Notes: generated by a model from the sequence alone, not told the origin. Counted from the stretch's first letter, positions 40,377 to 50,879 are shown. The stretch is 64,000 nt of DNA from Vampirovibrionales bacterium (GCA_029866025.1 JARXAD010000001.1:229873-293872), one strand, 5' to 3'. Numbers and translations: made by a program.

Positions 40377-40982
40377 ATGCACTCGTTACCCCTTGCTGTG
40401 CAAGTGGGGAGCGTTTTGTTGGTAGCTTATTTGCTGGGTGCCCTGCCCTTTGGGTACTGGGTGGTGCTGGCCAAAACCGGGCAAGATGTTCGCCAGCATG
40501 GCAGTGGTGGCACAGGAACCACCAACGTTAAGCGTATGGTGGGCAATCAAGGGGCCATGGTGGTGTTGGTACTGGATTTGCTTAAAGGCGCAGCCGCTGT
40601 GTTGCTGGCCCAAGCTCTGCTGCCCCAAGTGCCTTGGGTGGCCATTGGGGCGGCTTTTTTAGCCTTGGTGGGCCATAGTAAATCGGTATTTATTGGGTTT
40701 ACCGGCGGTAAAGCCGCGGCCACCGGGTTGGGCACCATGGTGGCGCTAATGCCCTTGCTATCGGGGGTTCTGGCCGCTATTGCCATTGTTGTCTTTCTCA
40801 TCACACGAACGGTTTCCATTGCGTCTTTGACGGTGGCTGCCATGACGCCACCCTTGCTGTGGTGGTGGCACGCTCCATTGCCCTGTTTGATATACGGCTG
40901 TATGGCTGCTATTTTTGTGGCGGTACTGCACAAAGATAATATTGTCCGCCTGCTTGCAGGCAAGGAGAATCGCCTGATATGA
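40377..40982 (+). CDS. plsY: Glycerol-3-phosphate acyltransferase PlsY
   Basis: HGSGGTGTTNV and LLKGAAAV motifs. Multi-TM. Confidence 0.8.
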   Translation: MHSLPLAVQVGSVLLVAYLLGALPFGYWVVLAKTGQDVRQHGSGGTGTTNVKRMVGNQGAMVVLVLDLLKGAAAVLLAQALLPQVPWVAIGAAFLALVGHSKSVFIGFTGGKAAATGLGTMVALMPLLSGVLAAIAIVVFLITRTVSIASLTVAAMTPPLLWWWHAPLPCLIYGCMAAIFVAVLHKDNIVRLLAGKENRLI

Positions 40983-41989
40983 GTCGGATTGGTATCTTAG
41001 GGTCTGGAAGTTGGGGGCTAACGCTGGCTTGTCTCATGCATCAAGCCGGGCACACGGTAACCCTATGGAACCGCCACGAGGCCAAGGCTGAGCAACTAAA
41101 AGCTAATCGCTCCGTTACCTTTCCCGTAACCCTAACCCTGCCGGAAGATGTGACTATTACGGACAATTTGGCAACCGCTATTACTGATGCCGATATTGTG
41201 ATGTTGGTGGTGACCAGCGCCGGCACGCGTTCGGTATTGGAAGCCATTCAAGCGTTAGGCATTTTGCCAAGCCATACCATTTTACTCAATGCATCCAAAG
41301 GTATTGAGTATCCCAGCCTTAAAAACTTATCCGCCGTGGTAGAAGAGCATTTCCCCAACCAGCCAGCCGGGGTATTATCGGGTCCTACCTTGGCCCCAGA
41401 GATTTTAAAGGGATTGCCCACGGCTGCTGTGGTGGCTAGCCATGCCCTTGCCACCGCTGAATACTTGCAAAAAACCCTCTCTACAGAGCGGTTCCGTATT
41501 TATACCAATACCGATGTGATTGGTACGGAAATGGGCGGCGCTTTAAAAAATATTTTTGCCATCGTGAGTGGTTACATGAAAGCCAAAGAGTTGGGCGACA
41601 ATGCGCAATCTACCCTGATTACCCGTGGGCTGGCAGAAATGACTCGCTTTAGTATGGCCATGGGGGCCGATGTGCAAACCCTGTATGGCCTGAGCGGTTT
41701 GGGCGACTTGTTGGCGACCTGCAACAGCCCCCTCAGCCGAAATTACCAAGTAGGGTTTCGCTTGGCCCAAGGGCAAAGCTTGGAGCAAATTTTGGCCGAG
41801 CTCCACATGGTGGCCGAAGGGGTGCAAACCACCTACGCTGTTTGTGAGCTGTCTCAGCAGCTTAACTTGGATGTGCCCATTGTGCACCAAGTGCGTAAAG
41901 CCTTTAGTGGTCAGTTTTGCGAGCAAGAAATCATACACACCCTCATGAGCCGTCGCCTTAAATCCGAGTTGGTAAGCGCACCGGCTTAA
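40979..41989 (+). CDS. gpsA: NAD(P)H-dependent glycerol-3-phosphate dehydrogenase
   Basis: IGILGSGSWG Rossmann motif. ATGA overlap with plsY. Confidence 0.85.
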   Translation: MSRIGILGSGSWGLTLACLMHQAGHTVTLWNRHEAKAEQLKANRSVTFPVTLTLPEDVTITDNLATAITDADIVMLVVTSAGTRSVLEAIQALGILPSHTILLNASKGIEYPSLKNLSAVVEEHFPNQPAGVLSGPTLAPEILKGLPTAAVVASHALATAEYLQKTLSTERFRIYTNTDVIGTEMGGALKNIFAIVSGYMKAKELGDNAQSTLITRGLAEMTRFSMAMGADVQTLYGLSGLGDLLATCNSPLSRNYQVGFRLAQGQSLEQILAELHMVAEGVQTTYAVCELSQQLNLDVPIVHQVRKAFSGQFCEQEIIHTLMSRRLKSELVSAPA

Positions 41990-42039
41990 ATGGATTCTAA
42001 TTAGTTAGGCTGGGCTTGCTTTTTTTGCTACGACTTTTG

Positions 42040-43101
42040 CTATGACTTTTGTTTCCCTAGGCCAAAACCTTCCACGGATTCCACAATGTCCACGTCGTCT
42101 GTAATCGTCACGGCCAAGTGGTTACGAAAGGTGCCGGGGCGGCAATAAAATTTGGCTTTGTTATTCACCGACATCAACAAAGGCTCTTCGGCGCGGCGAT
42201 CCATGCGTATCACATCACCCACGCGTAGGGCCAATAAATCAGACACACGCACCTGAGTACCGGCCAAATGCACCTGCACAGGCACTTTGGCGTAGTGCAA
42301 TTTGTTTAGCAGGCGTTCTTGCTCCGCAGGGCTCGATTCCATTTGCTGGCCACGAAAAATACGCTGGGCGCTGAGCTGATCGATGACTTCTTCCACCACA
42401 GGGTAGGGAATGCACAGGCTGATGAGGCCCGAATCTTTGTTGGCAATTTTAATTTCAAAAGTCACCAACGCCACAATTTCTCCCGGTGTCACCACCTGAA
42501 TCATGTTGTAGCTTTCTTCCATGCCCACCATAAACACCTGCACATCCATCATGGATTGCCAGGCTTCTTCCAGGGTGGATAAGGTGCGTTCAATCACGCG
42601 TTTGATGAGGGCTTGTTCAATATCCGTTAGTTCGCGCGGGCGGCCATCGGGGTTACCTTTACCACCCAACATCCGGTCAATAATGGCCGAGGTTACTTCA
42701 AAGCCAAATCCCAGCAAGGTTTGCCCCGGCAACGGTTGCATCTCCAAAATAGAGACGGTCATGGGGCTGGGCATGGACCGTACAAATTCCTCGTAGGTCA
42801 GTTGATCCACCGATACCACATCCAACGACACCGATGCCCGCAGGTAGGTGGTGAGCACCAGGCTAATTTGGCGGCAAAAGCTTTCGTGGATGGTTTGGAG
42901 GGCCCGGAGGTGATCTTTGGAAAATTTATCGGGGCGGCGAAAATTATACAGCTTGTAAGAGAGCTTATCACTCAGTCGGCTGTCCATGGCCGACTCGTCG
43001 GGCATGTCCAGTACGCCCAAGCTGGTGCTAATGCCGCCGCCGTCCTCAGCATCCACACTGAGTGACGAAAGCAGTTTATCAATTTCTTCTTGGCTAAGCA
43101 T
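42040..43101 (-). CDS. fliM: Flagellar motor switch protein FliM
   Basis: N-terminal LSQEEIDKLL (CheY-P binding motif). 353 aa. Confidence 0.8.
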   Translation of the reverse strand: MLSQEEIDKLLSSLSVDAEDGGGISTSLGVLDMPDESAMDSRLSDKLSYKLYNFRRPDKFSKDHLRALQTIHESFCRQISLVLTTYLRASVSLDVVSVDQLTYEEFVRSMPSPMTVSILEMQPLPGQTLLGFGFEVTSAIIDRMLGGKGNPDGRPRELTDIEQALIKRVIERTLSTLEEAWQSMMDVQVFMVGMEESYNMIQVVTPGEIVALVTFEIKIANKDSGLISLCIPYPVVEEVIDQLSAQRIFRGQQMESSPAEQERLLNKLHYAKVPVQVHLAGTQVRVSDLLALRVGDVIRMDRRAEEPLLMSVNNKAKFYCRPGTFRNHLAVTITDDVDIVESVEGFGLGKQKS

Positions 43102-43250
43102 GGAATGGGTAAAGGGCTCGTGTTGTTTGTATAAAAACCGTGATTATCGATGATGGGCCACCAGGCCAGTAATGCAAGGGCCCTCTGGGCATGTCGTATT
43201 GGATAAAGAAATCTCATTTCAAGATCTCTTTATAAAGCCCTGTTCAGGGC

Positions 43251-44102
43251 TTAGTATTGGATGATGAAATCGGAGAAGTTGACGCGAACCACGCTGTATT
43301 TGGGGCCAATAAGGCTGTTGATTTGTGACTTGATGTCGTCTTTCAACAATTCTTGGCCTTCAATGGTGCCGAGGGTGCCGGCGGTTCGCTTCATTAAGGC
43401 TTGGTTAATAATGTCTCGAATGGTGGGCCCGTAGGGCGACATGTTTTTGGTAAAGGCTTCGGTACAGGTTTTGTAAGGATCTGCAGGGGCAGCGCCGCCA
43501 TTGGCCACTAAATGTTCTTTGCGAGAAGAAGCTGCTGTATAACGGGCGGGAATGGTGGCTACATTGGCAGCAGCACCCAGTACTTGCCCACCGGCTACAG
43601 AACCCACGGCAATGACGGAACGTGATGTTGCTGTAGCGGCTTTGTGCTCGCCACCACCCGTGGGGTCGCAATACTCTTCTACTGGCACCCCAATGTTCAG
43701 GGTCATTTTAGTGCGTAAAAACTGGTTGCCTCTAATATTGGGATCCGCTTGCAGGTTGACGGTAAATTCGTCCAAATCTAGGCGCATGCCAATTTTTTGG
43801 GCTGGGCTGCCATGCTCACCCCCCCCTTCTTCTCCATGCTCGCCTTCTTTTTTATCACCGTGTTCGGCGCTGCCCACAGCTGCCTGTACTTGTTCGGCCA
43901 CTTTGGGAGCAATGACCATGGGCGCTAAAAACAAGGTGGAAGCCACCGAACCCCCAATGCCTGCAATAAAAATGGCGGCAATGGTAACAATAAACTTTAA
44001 ATCAAAACCCGATTGGGTGACTGGGGCTGCAATATCGCCGCCGCCACCCGATACATCGACATCTTCGGGCTTAATATCTTTGGGTTTGGTGGGGCGTGCC
44101 AT
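43251..44102 (-). CDS. fliL: Flagellar basal-body-associated protein FliL with G/E-rich insertion
   Basis: N-terminal TM. FliL-like C-terminus ...VNFSDFIIQY. The insertion EHGDKKEGEHGEEGGGEHGS. Confidence 0.55.
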   Translation of the reverse strand: MARPTKPKDIKPEDVDVSGGGGDIAAPVTQSGFDLKFIVTIAAIFIAGIGGSVASTLFLAPMVIAPKVAEQVQAAVGSAEHGDKKEGEHGEEGGGEHGSPAQKIGMRLDLDEFTVNLQADPNIRGNQFLRTKMTLNIGVPVEEYCDPTGGGEHKAATATSRSVIAVGSVAGGQVLGAAANVATIPARYTAASSRKEHLVANGGAAPADPYKTCTEAFTKNMSPYGPTIRDIINQALMKRTAGTLGTIEGQELLKDDIKSQINSLIGPKYSVVRVNFSDFIIQY

Positions 44103-44114
44103 ACAAATCTACTT

Positions 44115-45104
44115 TCATTCAAGAACAGCACGGTCGGTGACCAAGGGCAGGGCCTCGGTCACCATCACAGTGGGATTCTCGCTTGGCGTCGAAACACGGT
44201 TGTTTTTAATACCCACCGTTCCGGCTGTGTTTTCCACAGCGGCTTTGGGGGCACTCGCTAAAACACTGGCGTCCAGCACAATAATATCGACCCGCCTGTT
44301 TTGTTGCCTCCCCTGTGCAGAGGAGTTACTGGCGATGGGCCGGTATTGGGCATACCCCGCTGCCGACAGTTGATTTGGGTTAAGGCCCTGTTGTTGAATA
44401 AGGGCCGAAACTAGGGTGGTTGCCCGTGCTGTAGACAACGCCCAATTACTGGGGTATTGGCTGGTGGCAATGGGGGTATTATCGGTATGGCCTTCCACAC
44501 GAATGGTTTTGCCGCTTTGAATGAGTTGTTGCTTAAGCCCTTGAGCCAAGGTAGCCACTGCCTGTTGGGCTTGAGGAGACAACGTGGCACTGCCTGAATC
44601 AAAGAGCAACGAATCCGTGAGGCGAATCAGCACCCCTTCGGGGGTTTTAAGTAAGGTAATGGCCCCTGTAGTGTGGGTTTGTTGTTCCACTGCGGTTACG
44701 GTGGCTTTTAGGGCCTCGTACGCTTTAAGTTGTTGAGCCTGCTGACTAACTAGCGCTTGAGTCTTGTTCAAGTGGTGTTGTAATTCTTGGTTAATGTTGG
44801 TCAAAAAGTCGTTATCACGAGCAGACATAGCCAGCATGGCCAAAAATAAGCCCAACAATAACGTCAGTAAATCGGCATACGGAATAAGCCAACGGTGTGG
44901 CCCTGTGTAAGCAGCACTATGTCCCAGCTCCTCTTCCAAAGTTTCCAAGCGTTGCAGTGAATGAGCCCCCGAGCCTTTGCCCGGAGACAGCATGGACGGC
45001 TTGCCTTGTGCTGAGTTGGCCGTAAGCGACAAGCCTTTAGAGACCACAGGCTGAGACGACCTTTGGCCATATGTTTTTTGGTATTGCGTTTTCTTTAGTA
45101 CCAT
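44115..45104 (-). CDS. motB: Flagellar stator protein MotB (OmpA-like peptidoglycan-binding domain)
   Basis: N-terminal TM. OmpA-C motif VEGHTDNTPI...SNWALSTARA. Confidence 0.75.
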   Translation of the reverse strand: MVLKKTQYQKTYGQRSSQPVVSKGLSLTANSAQGKPSMLSPGKGSGAHSLQRLETLEEELGHSAAYTGPHRWLIPYADLLTLLLGLFLAMLAMSARDNDFLTNINQELQHHLNKTQALVSQQAQQLKAYEALKATVTAVEQQTHTTGAITLLKTPEGVLIRLTDSLLFDSGSATLSPQAQQAVATLAQGLKQQLIQSGKTIRVEGHTDNTPIATSQYPSNWALSTARATTLVSALIQQQGLNPNQLSAAGYAQYRPIASNSSAQGRQQNRRVDIIVLDASVLASAPKAAVENTAGTVGIKNNRVSTPSENPTVMVTEALPLVTDRAVLE

Positions 45105-46429
45105 TAGCTAATCCATCCATCATTGGCGGCTAAGGCTTGTAGCTCTTCCGAGGTGGCATATTGCTGAGGCTTGGAGCGTGAAGCCAATTGACCTTTCGAC
45201 AACGGCTTGGAAGCCGACGGTTTGCTTGAAAGGACGGTATCGCCAAAACGACCCGTACCCGATAAGCGATGGGCTGCTTGTTGTGATGGCAGTTGCTTGC
45301 CTTTTGGACGGGTGGCCGAGGTGTTTTTCTTGGGTAAGTACCCCATATCCGCGCCCCGTTTGGGAGATTCATCAAAGACTGACGAGGGCAACGCAGGGGC
45401 CAAGGGAGGCTCTGGTTGAGCCAGACTGGCGGCAGGAGCCTGAGCATAGCCTTTGGCGGGAGTGACGGTTGCTTGTCGCCTTTGAGAACCAAATTTTAAG
45501 GCCGTGGATAGTGCCCCTTGGGGTTTTAGTTGGGGTTTGAATCCCTGAGAAACCTGTACCTCGGTATTGTGGCCAGCAAAGGAACCGGTCCGCAAGGGCG
45601 AGCCTTCCGCCAAGGTGGGAATTTCATTAAGGAAGGCGCGCAGTTTTTCTTCTGTCACCAGTGGATGATCGCCTGCATAGATGCTCATCATGCCTTCGGT
45701 GAGGATGGTTTTTTGAAACCACGCGTCTCGCGCTTGTTGCTTAAGGCGGCCCGCCAAGGGCAAACACACCAAATTGGCCAAGCCCACACCGTACAAGGTG
45801 GCGGTAAAGGCGCTGGCAATACCGTGGGTCAGCTGCCCTGGAGAATCAAAAGAACTGGCCACGTGCATCAAACCAATAACGGCACCCACAATACCCAGGG
45901 TGGGGGCAAAGCCACCGGCGGCTTCAAACAAACGGGCGGCATCCAGCTCTTGGCGGTACTGCACTTCCATATCGGTGGTAAGGGCATGCTGAATGAGCAC
46001 TGGAGGACGATTGTCCTGCATCAGCTGGATCCCTTTACGAACAAAGGGCGAGGGGATTTGATCCATGATGGGTTGCAAGGCCAATAACCCATTGTGGCGA
46101 ACCAATTGGGCAATTTCCGTCAGTAGCTCCACGGCGTCTTCGGCGCAGCCGGTGGGGCGGGTTAGGCTGTTTTTAATGCCTTCTTTTAATAAGGCCCCCG
46201 TGCGGTTGGAAAAATTCATCAATAACGCCGTGGCGGTGCCGCCAAACACAATCAACAAAGCTTCTGGCTGAAACAGCATGCGAAAAGGCAGACCCAACCA
46301 AGCAAAGGCGCCTGCCACAATGCCAGCGCTTAATAGCAAGCCAACCCACACCGATGTATCCAGCTGGACGCCGCTGTGTAGGGGTTTTTCGTCCATACCA
46401 TTTTCATGACGATTGTTGAAACCAGCCAT
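45104..46429 (-). CDS. motA: Flagellar stator protein MotA with about 190-aa P/S/K-rich C-terminal extension
   Basis: Core LGIVGAVIGLMHVASSFDSPGQLTHGIASAFTATLYGVGLANL matches MotA. TAATG overlap with motB. Confidence 0.8.
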   Translation of the reverse strand: MAGFNNRHENGMDEKPLHSGVQLDTSVWVGLLLSAGIVAGAFAWLGLPFRMLFQPEALLIVFGGTATALLMNFSNRTGALLKEGIKNSLTRPTGCAEDAVELLTEIAQLVRHNGLLALQPIMDQIPSPFVRKGIQLMQDNRPPVLIQHALTTDMEVQYRQELDAARLFEAAGGFAPTLGIVGAVIGLMHVASSFDSPGQLTHGIASAFTATLYGVGLANLVCLPLAGRLKQQARDAWFQKTILTEGMMSIYAGDHPLVTEEKLRAFLNEIPTLAEGSPLRTGSFAGHNTEVQVSQGFKPQLKPQGALSTALKFGSQRRQATVTPAKGYAQAPAASLAQPEPPLAPALPSSVFDESPKRGADMGYLPKKNTSATRPKGKQLPSQQAAHRLSGTGRFGDTVLSSKPSASKPLSKGQLASRSKPQQYATSEELQALAANDGWIS

Positions 46430-46719
46430 GCATCACCTCTTGTTAAAAGTCCAAAACAAGCCAAAAACCAACGCTGCGTTGCCTATCATCTTAAAAACGG
46501 CATGATCATTATCAACACAGGCTCTCTTCTTCCAGCATAGGCTTTGGCTCGGCTGCTGCCCTCCACCGTCCAGACGAGACCGCCCACCAAGGACGGCTTA
46601 TCAACGGGCCGTTGGCAAAACCCAACAAGCTGGGTGTATCCATTTAATCAGAACGTAAACGCCGATAATTTTAAGTGCTTACGCAATAGGCCACTATAAA
46701 AACCCATCTTGCTGGGAGG

Positions 46720-47160
46720 CTAGGCGCTTTGGCGATGCTGCTGAGCATTACTCCGTCCTGCGTTCATCCACTCATCGCGAGATAAGGGTGAGCCGTGGCT
46801 CCAGTAGGCTTCCAAATCATAGTGCTGGCGGGCTTCATCGCGCATTACGTGCACCACCACGTCGCCATAATCCAACAAATGCCATTGGCCCGATTGATCA
46901 TCCTCGTAGTGCAAGGGCGACACGCCTTGAGCTTTCAGCATTTCGGCAATGTGGTGGCCAATGGCCGTAATTTGGGTGCTGGAATGACCGGTGGCGAACA
47001 CAAAGTAATCGGCAAACCCAGAAATCTGACTCACATCCAGTATGGCGGTGTTGTCGGATTTTTTACTTTCGGCCAAATTGGCAATCTGGCAGGCAAACTC
47101 AAAAGAAGTCGTGGTGTTGGGGGGGTGCGTGTGGGTTTGTGGCGCGTTGAGTTGGGTCAA
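46720..47160 (-). CDS. rsfS: Ribosome silencing factor RsfS (Iojap)
   Basis: ILDVSQISGFADYFVFATGHSSTQ...LLDYGDVVVHVM. TTG start. Confidence 0.75.
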   Translation of the reverse strand: MTQLNAPQTHTHPPNTTTSFEFACQIANLAESKKSDNTAILDVSQISGFADYFVFATGHSSTQITAIGHHIAEMLKAQGVSPLHYEDDQSGQWHLLDYGDVVVHVMRDEARQHYDLEAYWSHGSPLSRDEWMNAGRSNAQQHRQSA

Positions 47161-47349
47161 ACAGGCAGTCTCCAGTCATCAACAAATGGGCATCAACAAA
47201 AGGTGTTACAAACACAAGTAGAACGCTCTTAAAAATACCGTAAAGCGGCGTTAGGAGGAAGCCTTGGCTTGGTTACAAGTACCACAAAGCAAGGTCACCC
47301 TACGTATCGACCGATTGGGTGTGGACTGAATGGCATAGCCCAAGCATTC

Positions 47350-48219
47350 TTAAGAGGCATCGCCGCTGCTGGTGGTGGCAGCAACCAATAGTTCGGGGGT
47401 AAAGGTCACGCAGCGCTGGGCCCGTTGCAGGTAGTGGTTGCGGGCTTCTAATGACAGTGGATGAATGGGCTGACACTGGTCCAGCAGCACCCGTAGCGAA
47501 TGATTGAGCAAGAACAGCACCGCGTCATCCAGACTGTTTAGGCGGCGGGCATCCAGTAACGTCCGTACTTGCGCTGAAAAGTCTGAAGAGCGCAACGTGG
47601 GCTCAATTTTATCGGCAATGTACACAATCTCTTCCACCAAGCCCATGTTGGTGCGGCCCGTGGTGTGCCACCGAATCGCATTCAATACTTCGGGAGACTC
47701 ACTAAGACTTTCCCAGCGAGATTGAACCAACGCAGGCCCTGCCACGGCATGCAGCACAGCAGGGGATTTACGATCGGCGTCGTCAATGAGCACATCCGCA
47801 TCGCGGCAAAAAGTGAGCAGCTTGTTTAGGGGTAGCGATTTGGCACAATCGTGGAGTAAACCCGCCGTTTGACAGGCGGCTACTTGCTCTGGCTTTAGCT
47901 GAAACAGTTGGGCCAATTCACCAGCCACTCTGGCAGTACCCAAGCTATGCTGTATTCGCCTCTCAGACAAACCTTGTTCCTTTAACCAAGCGGTCACATC
48001 TGTTTCGAAAATGCCGGGGAGTAGGGTCTTTAATGCTGAGGAAGACAATCCGGTCATGGGGGTTAAGTCCTTGTGAGCAAGAGCTAGTTTCACCAAAGGG
48101 AGGGTTGAGGCGGCATCCATAAGAACCAAAGCCTGCAAGGGTGGTGAAACCACTGCTAAGAGAATAAAGTCTGACGAAGACAGGCAATTGCCTGTTCCGA
48201 CTGTGGCTTGGCACCGCAT
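47350..48219 (-). CDS. HD-domain hydrolase YqeK-like (bis(5'-nucleosyl)-tetraphosphatase family)
   Basis: RIQHSLGTARVAGELA...GLLHDCAK HD motifs. Position next to rsfS. The true start is probably internal (48057 or 48120). Confidence 0.65.
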   Translation of the reverse strand: MRCQATVGTGNCLSSSDFILLAVVSPPLQALVLMDAASTLPLVKLALAHKDLTPMTGLSSSALKTLLPGIFETDVTAWLKEQGLSERRIQHSLGTARVAGELAQLFQLKPEQVAACQTAGLLHDCAKSLPLNKLLTFCRDADVLIDDADRKSPAVLHAVAGPALVQSRWESLSESPEVLNAIRWHTTGRTNMGLVEEIVYIADKIEPTLRSSDFSAQVRTLLDARRLNSLDDAVLFLLNHSLRVLLDQCQPIHPLSLEARNHYLQRAQRCVTFTPELLVAATTSSGDAS

Positions 48220-48301
48220 TAAACTTTACTTTTGGCAGTATAGCACTGTGGTGGATATTGGTCTAGCCTTTTGGGTGGTATCCAAGGCCTTAATCCCCCG
48301 C

Positions 48302-49108
48302 TTAGGGTAAATAATTGGCGAGATTCATCACGGTGTTGATGCGCTCCACGCCACGGCAAACGCCTGTAGTACCGTCCACCGTAAATTGCACGGCATTCAC
48401 TTGCACCACATCGCTGTCCGCTACTTCCAGCCGTTGGGGCACCAAGGATTTAAGCCGAACCAACGATCCATCCACCCCCATGCCAATCACGCTGTTATAC
48501 GCGCCATTAAAACCCGCGTCGGTTAGGTAACCCATGCGGTCATTGAGAATGCGATCGTCGGCGGTTTGTACATGGGTATGAGTACCCACAAAGGCACTGA
48601 CCCCTAAGCGAGAGGCAAAATGGGCCAACGATATTTTTTCGGCGGTGGCCTCCGCATGGAAATCCACAAACAGCACGGGAGTTTGCTGCTTTACTGCCGG
48701 AATGGCCTGCTCCAGACTTTCCCACGGTGGGGTGGTGTTACTGCCCATAAACACTTGCCCCATCAGGTTAATTACCCCAATTTTGTGGCCGCGTATCTCA
48801 AACACCTTGGCGCCGGTGCCGGGCATGCTGGCGGGCATATTGGCGGGGCGAAGCAACTGGGGTGCATTGGCTATGTATTGCACAATTTCGCGCCGGTCCC
48901 AAATATGGTTACCGCCTGTCACAATGTCCACACCGCTCGCCAACAAGTCCTGATAATGGCCTTCACTCAGGCCAAAGCCGTGGGTGACGTTTTCTCCGTT
49001 GGCAATCACCACGTCCGGTCGTTGTTCGGCGGTTAACTGTTTTAAATAAGCGGCCATGGCGCGCCGACCGGGGCGGCCTACCAAATCACCAAAAAATAAA
49101 ATCTTCAC
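48302..49108 (-). CDS. YmdB-family metallophosphoesterase (2',3'-cyclic-nucleotide phosphodiesterase-like)
   Basis: MKILFFGDLVGRPG...VVIANGENVTHG. GTG start. Confidence 0.75.
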   Translation of the reverse strand: MKILFFGDLVGRPGRRAMAAYLKQLTAEQRPDVVIANGENVTHGFGLSEGHYQDLLASGVDIVTGGNHIWDRREIVQYIANAPQLLRPANMPASMPGTGAKVFEIRGHKIGVINLMGQVFMGSNTTPPWESLEQAIPAVKQQTPVLFVDFHAEATAEKISLAHFASRLGVSAFVGTHTHVQTADDRILNDRMGYLTDAGFNGAYNSVIGMGVDGSLVRLKSLVPQRLEVADSDVVQVNAVQFTVDGTTGVCRGVERINTVMNLANYLP

Positions 49109-49241
49109 CCGTTGCCATCATTTCTAAGCTGTATCAGCCCTTTAAGCCTCACATAAAGGTATCATTCCATAAAGCATCTCACCCATCACGCCAACTCCGG
49201 TACAATGAAAGGCTTCTCACCTTTAATTCTTTCAGGGCCTT

Positions 49242-50879
49242 GTGTTGAATCGGCTTTTTTACCAACGCGTTTTTTCTGTCCTATTGATGGCACTCATGGC
49301 AATTGGCTGGTTGGGCTGCAATGATTCTGACCCAAAAAGTACCCATAAAACCCCAAGCCTTGTGTTTAAAGTGAATTTGGGGACCGAACCTCCCACGCTG
49401 GATCCGGCGCGTGCCACAGATCTCACCTCGTTTACGGTGCTGCAAGCCATACAAAAAGGCTTGGTGCAGTTGAATGAGCGTATGGAGCCGGTGCCTGCCG
49501 TGGCCCAACGCTGGACGATCTCGTCCGACCGCCGCACCTACACTTTTTTTATTCATCCCAAGGCTCTCTGGAGTGACGGAAAGCCCGTGCTAGCCAAACA
49601 CTTTGCAGACGCTTGGCAACGGGCTTTGACACCTGAGACGGGTAGCGAATACGCCTTTTTTCTGTACGAGATTGCCGGTGCAGAGGCTTTTTATGACGGC
49701 CAAAGTCATGACAAGACCTCATTTAAAAGCGTCTCAGTCAAAGTTTTAGGGCCTAAAACGCTGCAAGTCACTCTAAAAAGACCCGTGCCGTTTTTCTTGT
49801 CCTTGATGGCCAGTCCGGTCGCCTTGCCCTTAAGGCTGGATCAACTCAAACGGGACGGCGACGCCTTTACGGAAGCGGGAAAATTCATTACCAACGGGCC
49901 ATTCTTGCTATCTCAATGGAAACACGACAGCGCAATTACCCTGAAACCCAACCTCCATTACTGGTTGGGCGTTCCCAAAACCTCCATAGAACTGGTGATG
50001 GTGCCCGATGCCAACACCAGCGTGGCCATGTACGAAACCGACCAACTGGACATGATTGAAACCACCACCAGCCTACCTTCTGTAGAAGTGCGCCGCCTCA
50101 AACACTCGCCGGAAGCCCACCAATTGCCCTTGTACCACTTAAATTACCTTGGGTTTAATACCCAGCACCCAGTAGTGCGAGATGTGCGGGTGCGCCAAGC
50201 CTTGGCCCTTAGTATTGATCGCCAGTGGATACCCCAGCTGATGCAAGGGGGCCAACAGCCCAATACCACAGTACTGATGCCAGGCCTGTTTGGCTATAAT
50301 CCACACTTGGGCTTAGCCTTTAACCCCCAAAAGGCACAAAAACTCCTTGCTGAGGCCGGCTATCCCAATGGGAAAGGCTTCCCCGAATTATCACTCGCTT
50401 ACCGCAGTGGTTTTGATACGCGCCGGGAAATGGAAATTCTCCAGTTTTTGTGGAAAAAACACTTGAATATTACGGTGCGGCTGGAAAATCTGGATTGGAA
50501 GATGTTCTTACATCGCCTGAAGACCAACCCACCGGCCTTGTATCGCCTAGGCTGGTTTGCCGATTATCCTGACCCTGATACCTTTGTGAGCTTGTTTACC
50601 CGTGCCAATGGTAATAATTACAGCCACTGGTGGAATCCTACTTATGAAGCCGGTGTCATCCAAGCCGCTACCTTGCCCAATGGTTTCCAGCGCCAGCAGG
50701 TACTCAACGCATTGCAGCGTCAATTATTAGAACAAGATGCCGTCATGATACCGCTATACACAGGCACTAAAATGTGGCTGGTGCAGCCCTGTGTGAGCGG
50801 TTTTACCATCAATCCTATGAATTTAATGGACTTTCAGAAGGTTTCGGTTAAAAAAGCCGCTGATTGCTTAAAACGCTAA
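49242..50879 (+). CDS. ABC transporter substrate-binding lipoprotein, family 5 (peptide/nickel OppA/DppA-like)
   Basis: Lipobox WLGC. TEPPTLDPARATD and other SBP_bac_5 features. 545 aa. Confidence 0.75.
   Translation: MLNRLFYQRVFSVLLMALMAIGWLGCNDSDPKSTHKTPSLVFKVNLGTEPPTLDPARATDLTSFTVLQAIQKGLVQLNERMEPVPAVAQRWTISSDRRTYTFFIHPKALWSDGKPVLAKHFADAWQRALTPETGSEYAFFLYEIAGAEAFYDGQSHDKTSFKSVSVKVLGPKTLQVTLKRPVPFFLSLMASPVALPLRLDQLKRDGDAFTEAGKFITNGPFLLSQWKHDSAITLKPNLHYWLGVPKTSIELVMVPDANTSVAMYETDQLDMIETTTSLPSVEVRRLKHSPEAHQLPLYHLNYLGFNTQHPVVRDVRVRQALALSIDRQWIPQLMQGGQQPNTTVLMPGLFGYNPHLGLAFNPQKAQKLLAEAGYPNGKGFPELSLAYRSGFDTRREMEILQFLWKKHLNITVRLENLDWKMFLHRLKTNPPALYRLGWFADYPDPDTFVSLFTRANGNNYSHWWNPTYEAGVIQAATLPNGFQRQQVLNALQRQLLEQDAVMIPLYTGTKMWLVQPCVSGFTINPMNLMDFQKVSVKKAADCLKR

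Noticed and set aside
45530-46087. 185-aa plus-strand ORF inside motA
   Set aside because: It is antisense to a strongly supported MotA coding region. It is G-rich and low complexity with no start context.
46640-46670. Sigma-28-like element (TTTAATCA...GCCGATAA) upstream of motA
   Set aside because: The GCCGATAA box is on the plus strand and points into rsfS, away from the minus-strand motA operon. The spacing to a TAAA -35 is imperfect. It is probably a chance match or at most an antisense promoter.
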